Shown here in pieces: positions 9,703-18,588 of a DNA stretch of 64,000 nucleotides. Position numbers and translations under genes: made by a program. The notes beneath the pieces were generated by a model, which saw only the letters and a list, made by a program, of their open reading frames with translations, was not told the DNA's origin and did not search any database. This stretch comes from Gemmatimonadaceae bacterium (GTDB lineage Bacteria > Gemmatimonadota > Gemmatimonadetes > Gemmatimonadales > Gemmatimonadaceae): NCBI GenBank assembly GCA_040902005.1, contig JBBDYA010000045.1, forward strand, positions 1 to 64,000, read 5' to 3'. The stretch's first letter is position 1. The number at the start of each line of letters is the position of its first letter.

Positions 9703-11295
9703 ATGACGGGTCGCTTCAAGGCGTCAATTGCCGCGCTGATGGGCGCCGCGATCGTGGGCACGGCGTGCGCCGGCTCGCCGCGCCCCGGCGACGTCGTTGT
9801 GTACGCATCCGGCTCCGACCTGGAGTCCGCCAACCCCCTGGTCACGATCCATCCGCTCGCGCGGCAGGTGCAGCGTCACGCGCTGCTGGTCACGCTCGTG
9901 CGCTACGACAGTGTGCTGCGGCCGCAACCGTATTATGCGCAACGCTGGCGCTGGAGCGCGGGGAATCGCGTTCTGACGCTGTCCCTCGAGCCCGCGCTGC
10001 GCTGGCACGACGGCGAGCGCACCACCGCCCACGATGTGGCCTTCACCCTCCTCGCCGCCCGTGACCCGCGCACCGGATTTCCACGGGCGACCGACCTGGC
10101 GGTGGTGGACACCGTCGTCGCGGTGGACGACACGACGGTGACGATCCGGTTCACGCAGGTGCAGCGGGGCATGCCCGGGATCCTCGTGGAGCTGCCGATC
10201 GTTCCGCGGCACGCGCTGCACGCCGTGCCGGTCGGGGAGATGCGCCGTGCCCGCTACAATCTGGATCCCGTGGGCAACGGCCCCTTCCGTTTCGTGGACC
10301 GCGTGCCGGGACAGCGATGGACGTTCGCGCGCAATCCGGACTTTCCGCCGTCGATGGGCGGCCCGCCGGGCATCCGCGAGCTGGTCGTCGCCGTCGTGGA
10401 CGAAGCGACCACCAAGTTCGCCGGACTCGCCGCGGGTGACCTCGACGTCGCGGGGATCGCGCCGACGATGGCGGCGCTCGCCGAGCGCGACCCGATGATC
10501 GAGGTGATGAACTATCCCGTATTGTTCTCGACGGCGCTGGTGTTCAACGTCGCCCGCGCGCCGTTCGATGACGCGCGCGTCCGACGCGCCATCGACGCCA
10601 GCATCGATCGCCCCCGCATCATCGCCGCCGCGCTGGCGGGATTCGCCACGCCGGCCGCCGGTCCTGTGCCGCCGGAGAATCCTCTCGCGCTGCCGGACGC
10701 CGCGCACCAGGACGTCGTGCTGGCGGACTCGCTGCTCGATGCCGCGGGCTGGCGCCGGAACGCCGATGGCTGGCGCGCGCGCGGACGCCCGTTTGTCGTC
10801 GAGCTCCTCACGGTGGGCAGCGGCGACAATGCCGTGGAGCAGCTGATCCAGGCGGACTTCGCCGATCGCGGACTCCGGCTCGAGATACGGCAACTCGAGA
10901 TGGCGGCCTTCTTATCGCGCGCGCGCGCGGCACGCAAGGAGTTCGATCTGCTGGTCACGGGCGTCCCGGGCGACCTGTCGCTCGCCTACGTGCGCGCGAT
11001 GTTCGAATCGGGGCAGCGGGGGAGCGCGCTGGACTACGCGGGATTTCGCGCGCCGGCGGTCGATGCCCTCTTTGCCCGCGCGGCCGGCGCGGCGACCGAT
11101 GCGGAATTGCGGGAACGGTGGCACGAGGTTCAGCGCGCGCTGAAGCGCGAGGCGCCGGCCGCGTGGCTCTATCACTCGCGCGGGCTGCAGGGCGTGTCGT
11201 CGCGCATGCGCAACGTGCGGATGGACTTGCGCGGCGAGATGGCGACTGTGGCGCGGTGGACGACCGTCGCGGACTCCGTGTCCGCGCGGCGCTGA
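9703..11295 (+). CDS. Family 5 ABC substrate-binding lipoprotein
   Basis: Lipobox-like IVGTAC; RWHDG..TAHDV, PVGNGPF and FDDARVRRAI. Confidence 0.9.
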   Translation: MTGRFKASIAALMGAAIVGTACAGSPRPGDVVVYASGSDLESANPLVTIHPLARQVQRHALLVTLVRYDSVLRPQPYYAQRWRWSAGNRVLTLSLEPALRWHDGERTTAHDVAFTLLAARDPRTGFPRATDLAVVDTVVAVDDTTVTIRFTQVQRGMPGILVELPIVPRHALHAVPVGEMRRARYNLDPVGNGPFRFVDRVPGQRWTFARNPDFPPSMGGPPGIRELVVAVVDEATTKFAGLAAGDLDVAGIAPTMAALAERDPMIEVMNYPVLFSTALVFNVARAPFDDARVRRAIDASIDRPRIIAAALAGFATPAAGPVPPENPLALPDAAHQDVVLADSLLDAAGWRRNADGWRARGRPFVVELLTVGSGDNAVEQLIQADFADRGLRLEIRQLEMAAFLSRARAARKEFDLLVTGVPGDLSLAYVRAMFESGQRGSALDYAGFRAPAVDALFARAAGAATDAELRERWHEVQRALKREAPAAWLYHSRGLQGVSSRMRNVRMDLRGEMATVARWTTVADSVSARR

Positions 11296-14037
11296 ATGCT
11301 GCTGCTGGACGATGCCCGGATGCCCGCCCGGAAAGCGGCGGTGCGAGGGCCGCTGCGTCCGTTATATGAATCCCTCACGGCCGAGCTGGCCCCGCTGCTG
11401 GACCGCGAGCCTTACATCCCGACGGCCAAGGCGCTGCTGACGCGCGCGGGTGGGCGCTGCGAACAGGACGGTGCCGCGCTCGAGTTTGATCCCGCATCTC
11501 CCCACGCGCATCGGTGCCCAGCGTGCGGCACGGTGCACCGAGCCGAGGTGCATCACCGCGCCTGGGTGACGCACTACCAGCTCTGGCTGGCGGAGCGCGC
11601 GGTGCAGGCGGCGCTCTTTCATCTGCTGGGCGGCGATGAGCGCCATGCCGCGCTCGCGCGCGACATCCTCGGGCGCTACGCCGAGCGATACGTGCACTAT
11701 CCCAATCGCGACAACGTGTTGGGCCCCACGCGGCTCTTCTTCAGCACGTACATGGAGTCCGTGTGGCTGCTCCAGATCTGCGTCGCGGCGGACCTGATGC
11801 GCGCGGGCGGCGATCACGCCACCGCGGAGCTGGTGCGCGATCGGATCGCCGAGCCGAGCGCGATGCTCATCGCCGCCTTCGACGAGGGTGCGTCCAACCG
11901 GCAGGTGTGGAACAATGCGGCACGACTGGCCGCGGCCGGGCTGTGCGGGGATGAACCAGCGGCCGACCGAATCCTCACGTCGCCCTCCGGTGTGGAGGCG
12001 CATCTGCAGCGCGCGTTACTGCCCGACGGTACGTGGTACGAGGGGGAGAACTATCATCAGTTCGCGCTGCGCGGACTGTGGTACGCCGTGACGATGTGCG
12101 ATGCCCGCGGCGTGGCCCTCGGGCGGGAGTCCATCGCCCGATTCGAGCGCGCTTTTCGCGCGCCCTATGTGACCGCCCTCCCGGATTTCACGCTACCGGC
12201 GCGCAAGGATTCGCAGTACGCGGTATCGCTCCGCCAGTGGCGCTACGCGGAACTCGCCGAACTGGGATTCGCGCGGACGCAGGATCCGGTGGTCGGCGCC
12301 GCGCTTGGGCGCACGTACGAGCCCGGGACGGAAAGTCGCGATACGGGCCGATCGCGATCCACCGCCGATGTGGAGCGGAACGGTCCGGCGTGTGCGCTGA
12401 CGCGCGCCGATCTCGGCTGGCGCGCGTTGCTGCACGCCCTCCCCGAGCTTCCGCCGCTCGTAGCGGCGCGTCCCGCGTCCGCGCTGCTGGAAGGGCAGGG
12501 ACTGGCCGTGTTCCGCCGCGGCGATGCCTATGTGGCGCTCGACTACGGTCAGTCCGGCGGCGGTCACGGACATCCGGACCGCCTGAACCTGCTGCTGGCC
12601 GAAGGCAGCACGCGGTGGCTCGACGACCTCGGCACGGGTTCCTATCTGGAGCCGTCGCTGCACTGGTACCGGAGCACCCTCGCCCACAACGCGCCGATCG
12701 TCGACGGGCGATCACAGCCGCCACTCGAGGGCACGCTCGTGGCGCACGACGAGCAGGATGCGTGGGGGTGGATCGAGGCACGCGCTGACCTCCCGGATGG
12801 CGTCGTGGTCACCCGGACCTTGGTCGTGGCACCGGACCATCTCGTCGACGAACTCACATGGACGGCGCCGCGCGCGGTGCGCGTGGAACTGCCCTGGCAC
12901 CTCGACGCCGGTGCTGACGCGCGAGATTTCGTGCGCGCGCCGCTCGACGGCGGGGAGGGACCTGAGGATGGCTTCGCCTTTGCGCGCGATGCGATGCGCG
13001 CGTCAATTCCCGCGGGCACGATCATCCGCCTGGCGGGGCGGCGTGACGGTCGTCAGTTGCAGGCCGCGATGCTCGCGGACTGTGCTGCCCTGTTGTACCG
13101 CGCGATGGGGCCCGGGCAGCCCGCGGCGGACCTGCGCCCCTTCTATCTGTGGCGCGTGGAATCGGAGCGTGGCTCGATGCGCTCCGTGCTCGCGTGGGGG
13201 GGGGGTGGCGAGATTCCCAATGTGAACTTTGAACAGAACTCCACCACGGTGGAATTGGCCGGCGCCCGGCACGCGCATTCGCGCGATGCCACCGGATGGC
13301 GCGTGACGAGCGATGCGAGCGGATTGCGACGCACGGTGCGCCTCGGCGGGCGACGACCAGCGCGGCCTCCGATGCCGGCTCAGGGCGGGGAAGCCACTTC
13401 GCCGCCGACCGTCCTGCGCCGGGCAGGCGTCCCGGGCGGCTGGTACTCGGAATTGTCCGGCGAACGTCGCGCCGCCCTGCTGGCATACGACCTGTCGGAG
13501 CACCACTATCGGCGATCGGAGGACACGTGGGGCGAGGCCGGAGCGCCACGCGCCACCATCGCGCTCGCGGCGGACGACCGCGCGCTTGCGATCTTCCTCG
13601 TCGCCCACGCGGGAGATCCGCGTTTCGCCGCGTCGAACGCGGTGAATGCGCGGGATAACGAGCATCCGGATACCATGGCGGCGGGAGTGCAGCTCTACCT
13701 TCGCGATGCCGTGGCGACCCGGGCGTGGATGCTCATCCCGCAGGCGGACGACTCTGCGGTGCGCATCCGTCCGATCGGCGCGGACACCCAAACGAACGTG
13801 CAGGCGCGATGGCGCGCGCTGGGCGATGGCTACGAGATGCGCATCGATGTTCCGCTCGAGGCCTCAAACGACCGGGAATACTCCGTGGACCTGGACGTGG
13901 TCGTGAACGAAACCACCCACGATCGTGAACGCCGGCGCGGACAACTTGTGCTGAGCGGTGGGCGCGGCGAGTTCGTGTACCTGCGCGGCGACCGGCACGA
14001 CATGGCACGGCTCATTCCGCTGGTGCTCGTCCGGTGA
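11296..14037 (+). CDS. Heparinase II/III-family polysaccharide lyase
   Basis: SNRQVW, DGTWYEGENYH, GHGHPDRLN and STLAHN motifs. Confidence 0.75.
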   Translation: MLLLDDARMPARKAAVRGPLRPLYESLTAELAPLLDREPYIPTAKALLTRAGGRCEQDGAALEFDPASPHAHRCPACGTVHRAEVHHRAWVTHYQLWLAERAVQAALFHLLGGDERHAALARDILGRYAERYVHYPNRDNVLGPTRLFFSTYMESVWLLQICVAADLMRAGGDHATAELVRDRIAEPSAMLIAAFDEGASNRQVWNNAARLAAAGLCGDEPAADRILTSPSGVEAHLQRALLPDGTWYEGENYHQFALRGLWYAVTMCDARGVALGRESIARFERAFRAPYVTALPDFTLPARKDSQYAVSLRQWRYAELAELGFARTQDPVVGAALGRTYEPGTESRDTGRSRSTADVERNGPACALTRADLGWRALLHALPELPPLVAARPASALLEGQGLAVFRRGDAYVALDYGQSGGGHGHPDRLNLLLAEGSTRWLDDLGTGSYLEPSLHWYRSTLAHNAPIVDGRSQPPLEGTLVAHDEQDAWGWIEARADLPDGVVVTRTLVVAPDHLVDELTWTAPRAVRVELPWHLDAGADARDFVRAPLDGGEGPEDGFAFARDAMRASIPAGTIIRLAGRRDGRQLQAAMLADCAALLYRAMGPGQPAADLRPFYLWRVESERGSMRSVLAWGGGGEIPNVNFEQNSTTVELAGARHAHSRDATGWRVTSDASGLRRTVRLGGRRPARPPMPAQGGEATSPPTVLRRAGVPGGWYSELSGERRAALLAYDLSEHHYRRSEDTWGEAGAPRATIALAADDRALAIFLVAHAGDPRFAASNAVNARDNEHPDTMAAGVQLYLRDAVATRAWMLIPQADDSAVRIRPIGADTQTNVQARWRALGDGYEMRIDVPLEASNDREYSVDLDVVVNETTHDRERRRGQLVLSGGRGEFVYLRGDRHDMARLIPLVLVR

Positions 14038-14771
14038 CGCTGCTGTCGCGGGTGGCGGTGGTGCTCCACGAGCCGCAGGACCCCGTGAACATCGCGGCCA
14101 CGGTTCGCGCGATGAAGAACATGGGCGTTGCCGACCTTCGCCTCGTGCGCCCGGTCGCCTATGAAGCGTTTCGGCTCGAAGGCATCGCGCACGGCACCCG
14201 CGACCTCATCGACGCGATCCGGCACTTCGAGTCCTTCGACGAGGCGGTCGCCGACTGCGTGCGCGTGGTTGGCTTCTCCGCGCGGCGCCGCGCCGCCAAG
14301 TGGCACGTCACCGATCCGAAGGAGGCCGCCGCCACCCTCCTGGCCGCCGCGAGCGAAGGAGCCGTGGCAGTGGTCTTCGGGCGCGAGGATAGCGGACTTC
14401 CCAACGAAGTGCTCGACCGCGTGCACTCCGCCGTCGTGATTCCCACCACGGAGCATGCATCGCTGAACCTGGCGCAGGCCGTGCTCATCGCGCTGTATGA
14501 GCTGCATCTGGCCGCCGGCGACGCTACGCGCGTTGTCGCGCCGCCGCGCAAGGACGCGCCGCCCGCGACGGAAGCGCAGCTCGAGCAGTACTTTGCCGAT
14601 GCCGAGCACTCGCTGCGGTCGATCGAGTTCTTCAAGACGCGCCAGGTGGAGCATATCATGCGCACGGTGCGCTCCCTCACGGTGCGTGCGTCGCCGGACG
14701 CCCGGGAACTGTCGCTCATCCGAGCGATGGCCATCGAGGTCATCCGATATATGGAACGCCTCCGCCCTTGA
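14034..14771 (+). CDS. trmJ: SPOUT tRNA/rRNA methyltransferase, TrmJ/LasT family
   Basis: EPQDPVNI, RAMKNMG, VFGREDSGL and SLNLAQAV. Confidence 0.85.
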   Translation: MTLLSRVAVVLHEPQDPVNIAATVRAMKNMGVADLRLVRPVAYEAFRLEGIAHGTRDLIDAIRHFESFDEAVADCVRVVGFSARRRAAKWHVTDPKEAAATLLAAASEGAVAVVFGREDSGLPNEVLDRVHSAVVIPTTEHASLNLAQAVLIALYELHLAAGDATRVVAPPRKDAPPATEAQLEQYFADAEHSLRSIEFFKTRQVEHIMRTVRSLTVRASPDARELSLIRAMAIEVIRYMERLRP

Positions 14772-14801
14772 ATCGGCACGGGCAGTCATTCTCTTTCGGT
14801 C

Positions 14802-16106
14802 ATGGTGTTCTCCCGCATTTTTGGAAAGACGCAGCCGTCCGCCACGCCCGCGGACGAGGACAACGAGCCGGATGAGGTTGCGCCGGAGGAAGTCGGCGGC
14901 GAACTCGACGCACCACTGCCCGACTACGAGACGCGTGCTGCGGCCGTACTCGTCGGAGGCGCGTCCACGGGAAGCAAGCGTCCGAAGGCGCTCCTCGGCC
15001 CAGCGAGTGGAGGGCCGACGCATTTCGTTCGTGCGGTCGGATGCCGCCTCGTCACGACTGAGGGGGACACGCTGGTCGATTGCACCATGGCGCTTGGGAG
15101 CGTCGCGCTCGGCTATGCGGAGCCCGAGCTCACGCGCGCGGTCATCGAAACCATCGCGAACGGATCGGTGAGCGGGCTGTCGCCCGCGCTCGAAGTGCAT
15201 GTCGCCGAGCGCTTCTGCGGCGTGGTGCCCTGCGCGGAAAAGGTCCAGTTCCTCAAGACCGGCGCGGAGGCGATGAGCGCGGCGGTCCGCATCGCGCGCA
15301 CCTACACGGGTCGGAACGTGGTGATCGGCTGCGGTTACTTCGGGTGGCACGATTGGGCCAGCGAGAGCGCGGGGGTGCCCGCGCAGACGAAGGCGGACCG
15401 CCACACCGTGCCTTTCGATGACGTCGCCGCGCTCGAGCGCGCCGTGGACGCGGCCGGCGACACGCTTGCCGCCATCGTGATCGAACCCGTCATCGAGCGG
15501 CTTCCGTCCACGGCATGGATCGAGCGCGCGCGGACGCTGAGCGAGCAGCGCGGCGCCGTGCTCATCTTCGACGAGCTCAAGACCGGATTCCGCCTGGCCA
15601 CGGGCGGGTATCAGCAGTACGCCGGAATCACGCCCGATCTCGCCGCGTTCGGAAAGGCCATGGCGAACGGCCATCCCCTCGCCGCGGTCTGCGGCAACGC
15701 GGCGCTGATGGACGCGGCGGAGCAGACCTGGATTTCGTCCACGCTGGCGTCGGAGGCCGGCGCGCTGGCCGCCGCCGCCGCGGTGCTCACCTGGCACGAC
15801 AAGGCGGACATCTGCGCGTCACTCTGGAGCATCGGCCAGGAGATGCGTGAGGCGGTCACGAACGGCATCGCCGCGAGCGGCATCCAGGGCGTGTCGGTCG
15901 AGGGCATCGACCCCATGTGGCTGCTGAAATTCGACACGCCCGATCGGGAGACCGCGTTCCTGCGCGGGGCGGCGAGTCATGGGGTGCTCTTCAAGCGCGG
16001 CGCGTACAACTTCGCCGCGGTGGCGCACGACGACGACGCCATTCAGGAGATCGAATCGGCCGCCAGCGCGGCGTTCGTCGAGATGTGCGAACAGGAAGCC
16101 CGGTGA
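14802..16106 (+). CDS. Class III PLP aminotransferase (GSA aminomutase-like)
   Basis: LGYA, KTGAEA, IFDELKTGFR, FGKAMANG (PLP lysine). Confidence 0.85.
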   Translation: MVFSRIFGKTQPSATPADEDNEPDEVAPEEVGGELDAPLPDYETRAAAVLVGGASTGSKRPKALLGPASGGPTHFVRAVGCRLVTTEGDTLVDCTMALGSVALGYAEPELTRAVIETIANGSVSGLSPALEVHVAERFCGVVPCAEKVQFLKTGAEAMSAAVRIARTYTGRNVVIGCGYFGWHDWASESAGVPAQTKADRHTVPFDDVAALERAVDAAGDTLAAIVIEPVIERLPSTAWIERARTLSEQRGAVLIFDELKTGFRLATGGYQQYAGITPDLAAFGKAMANGHPLAAVCGNAALMDAAEQTWISSTLASEAGALAAAAAVLTWHDKADICASLWSIGQEMREAVTNGIAASGIQGVSVEGIDPMWLLKFDTPDRETAFLRGAASHGVLFKRGAYNFAAVAHDDDAIQEIESAASAAFVEMCEQEAR

Positions 16107-16999
16107 CTGCCGCGGCCGGGCCGCTCATCGACGCGCACGCGCATTTCCATCACGCCGGGTGCGGGCGGTCCGACTGGCAGGACGTCAATGCCGCGCGGCT
16201 GCGGGCCGGCGAACGCATGGGGATTACCTGTCACGTCGCGTCCGTCCTCGGCACGTACGGGCATACGTCGCCCACGTACTTTCCATCGCCGTCGGATCTG
16301 ACCGCCGGCAACGACGCCGCGATCGAGATGTGCACGCGTCACGGCCAGCTGGTTCGCATGCTGGCCGCGCTGAATCCCAACTATACGGAGCATGCCCTCG
16401 CTGAAATCCGGCGCTGCCTGGATCACGGCGCCGTCGGACTGAAGCTGCTGGCCAGCCGACGAGCTGATGATCCGCTCCTCGATCCGATCTGTGAAGCGGC
16501 GGCGAAGCACGGCCTACCGATTCTGCACCATATCTGGCAGCACCGTCGGCGCGACTGGCCCAACCAGGAGATTTCGGACGGCGCGGATCTGGCCCGCCTG
16601 GCGCGTCGGCATCCCACGGTCACGTTCATCCTGGCGCACATCGGGGGAGGGGGGGACTACCAGCATACCTACGCCGCGGTGCGAGACGTGCCCAATATCG
16701 TTGCCGACCTGTCTGGCAGTGGCGTCGACCGCGGAATGCTCGACGAAGCGGTCGGCAGTCTGGGCGCGCGCCGCCTGCTCTGGGCCTGCGACATCACCAT
16801 GGAAACGGGCCTCGCGAAACTTCGCGCGCTCGAGCATACGGGCCTGTCCTCTGCCGACGACATCGAGGACATCCGCTGGCGCAACGCCGCCCGGGTGTTC
16901 GGGTTGACAATCGAGCCGTCGGCGTCATCGGCGCGAAGCGCCGTTGAGAACGTACCGGCGCGGCCGAAGGCAGCGCCACCGAGAACTGCGCGTGATTGA
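16103..16999 (+). CDS. Amidohydrolase family protein (Amidohydro_2-like)
   Basis: IDAHAH, PILHH, ILAHIGG and LLWACD; GTG overlaps upstream stop. Confidence 0.8.
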   Translation: MTAAAGPLIDAHAHFHHAGCGRSDWQDVNAARLRAGERMGITCHVASVLGTYGHTSPTYFPSPSDLTAGNDAAIEMCTRHGQLVRMLAALNPNYTEHALAEIRRCLDHGAVGLKLLASRRADDPLLDPICEAAAKHGLPILHHIWQHRRRDWPNQEISDGADLARLARRHPTVTFILAHIGGGGDYQHTYAAVRDVPNIVADLSGSGVDRGMLDEAVGSLGARRLLWACDITMETGLAKLRALEHTGLSSADDIEDIRWRNAARVFGLTIEPSASSARSAVENVPARPKAAPPRTARD

Positions 17000-17750
17000 C
17001 GTCAACGCCCTGATCGGACCCTATCCGTTCCGATTCGTGCCGCACCCCGATCCCGAGGTCCTCGAGCGTGTCCTCGATCGTGAGGGACTGCATGGCGCGT
17101 GGGTCGGTCATCTGCCCTCGGCGTTTCATCGCGATCCAGGCGCCGGGAACGCGCAGCTGTACACGGCGCTCGCGCGGTACACCCGGCTGCGCCCGGTGCC
17201 GACCATCCGGCCGGACTGGCCTGACTGGCGGCGATCGGTCCGCGTTGCCGTCGAGGCGGGCGCGCCGGCGGTGCGGGCCTATCCTCCGCAGTGGCAGCTG
17301 GCGCCGCACGACGCGCGCGTTTCCGAGCTGGCTGTCGCGTGCGGCGAGGCACGCTTGGCACTGGTGCTCACGGTGCGCTTCGAGGACGTGCGGCAGCGTC
17401 ATCCCCTGGATGTGGCCGGTGACCTTCAGGCGGCGGCGGTGCGTGCGATCGCCCGAGCCGGTCCGGCGGTGCGGGTGATCGTGACGGCGGCAGGCAAGGA
17501 TTTCATCGAGGAAGTGCACTGGGGACTCACGCCGGAGGAACAGCGCAGGGTCTTCTGGGATTTTTCGTGGGTGTGGGGTCCGCCGGAGGATCATCTCGCG
17601 AAGCTGTTTCGCGCGGTGGGGAGCGACCGCTTCGTCTACGGAACGCAATGGCCGTTGCGTCTCACGCAGAATCCGCGAGCGAACCTCGACCTGCTGCCGG
17701 ACGACGTGGCGACTCGTCCGCTGGCGGACCCGGACGCCATTTTCGGCTAG
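16992..17750 (+). CDS. Divergent amidohydrolase-fold protein
   Basis: IDVNALIG N-terminus and DRFVYGTQWP; lacks the HxH motif. Confidence 0.7.
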   Translation: MIDVNALIGPYPFRFVPHPDPEVLERVLDREGLHGAWVGHLPSAFHRDPGAGNAQLYTALARYTRLRPVPTIRPDWPDWRRSVRVAVEAGAPAVRAYPPQWQLAPHDARVSELAVACGEARLALVLTVRFEDVRQRHPLDVAGDLQAAAVRAIARAGPAVRVIVTAAGKDFIEEVHWGLTPEEQRRVFWDFSWVWGPPEDHLAKLFRAVGSDRFVYGTQWPLRLTQNPRANLDLLPDDVATRPLADPDAIFG

Positions 17751-17840
17751 ATCAGCTGGTCACTTCTCGGCTGGACCGTCCGCGTTAGCTTCACCGGGCG
17801 CGCTGCGGGTGATTCCCAGTCTCCCGAACGATTCTCAGTC

Positions 17841-17869
17841 TTGCGCGTGAGTACCGAGTCGGACAAATT
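17841..17869 (+). promoter_or_regulatory. Candidate sigma70 promoter of act operon
   Basis: TTGCGC-N17-CAAATT just upstream of the Rex-type box. Confidence 0.4.
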
Positions 17870-17879
17870 TTCTGCCGGA

Positions 17880-17901
17880 CTTTGTGAAATTGTTCACAAA
17901 G
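17880..17901. promoter_or_regulatory. Rex-type operator palindrome
   Basis: CTTTGTGAA-ATTG-TTCACAAAG, matching the Rex consensus TTGTGAA-n4-TTCACAA; AT-rich in a high-GC background. Confidence 0.8.
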
Positions 17902-17932
17902 GGCTGCTGTGGCACCACTCGAACCCCTCGCG

Positions 17933-18586
17933 ATGACGCAGCGACGGACGTGGACCGCGATTCCCGGGCTCATCGCCCTGGCCGTTGGCGCCGTTCTCCT
18001 TTCCGCATATAGCGGTGCCTCGTCGTCGCAGAACAACCAGCCGGTTCAGCCGCTCGACTTCCCGCACCCGATGCACGCGGCCGGCAATCTCAACCTGAAC
18101 TGCCTGTACTGTCACAACACCGCGAACAAGTCGCCCGATCCGGGCATGCCCGCGGTGCAGACATGCATGGGGTGCCACGCCATCGTCGGACCGAACCGGC
18201 CCGCCACTGCGGCCGGGCCGGCCCGCACCAGCGCGGGGATTCAGAAACTCTGGGAGTACGCCGACCTGATGGGGCAGGGTCGCAATGCCAAGCCCATTCC
18301 GTGGGTCCGCATTCACAAGCTGCCGGAATACGTGCGATTCCCGCACATGCGACACGTCAATGCCGGCGTCACGTGCCAGGCGTGCCACGGGCCGGTGCAG
18401 ACGATGGACCGCGTCTACCAGTTCTCCTCGCTCAACATGGGGTGGTGCGTGAACTGTCATGTGAACGGCTACGATCCGCAGGACGGTCTGCGCGCCGCTG
18501 GGCTGGCCCCCGATACGGGACGCAGCGTCACCCCGGACGCGGAGCGTCGGCGCGCCTCGTACGACTGCACGAGCTGCCACTTCTGA
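17933..18586 (+). CDS. actA: Alternative Complex III pentaheme cytochrome c subunit
   Basis: N-terminal TM; five CxxCH (CLYCH, CMGCH, CQACH, CVNCH, CTSCH); QPLDFPH, LPEYVRFPH, NMGWC. Confidence 0.9.
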   Translation: MTQRRTWTAIPGLIALAVGAVLLSAYSGASSSQNNQPVQPLDFPHPMHAAGNLNLNCLYCHNTANKSPDPGMPAVQTCMGCHAIVGPNRPATAAGPARTSAGIQKLWEYADLMGQGRNAKPIPWVRIHKLPEYVRFPHMRHVNAGVTCQACHGPVQTMDRVYQFSSLNMGWCVNCHVNGYDPQDGLRAAGLAPDTGRSVTPDAERRRASYDCTSCHF

Positions 18587-18588
18587 GC

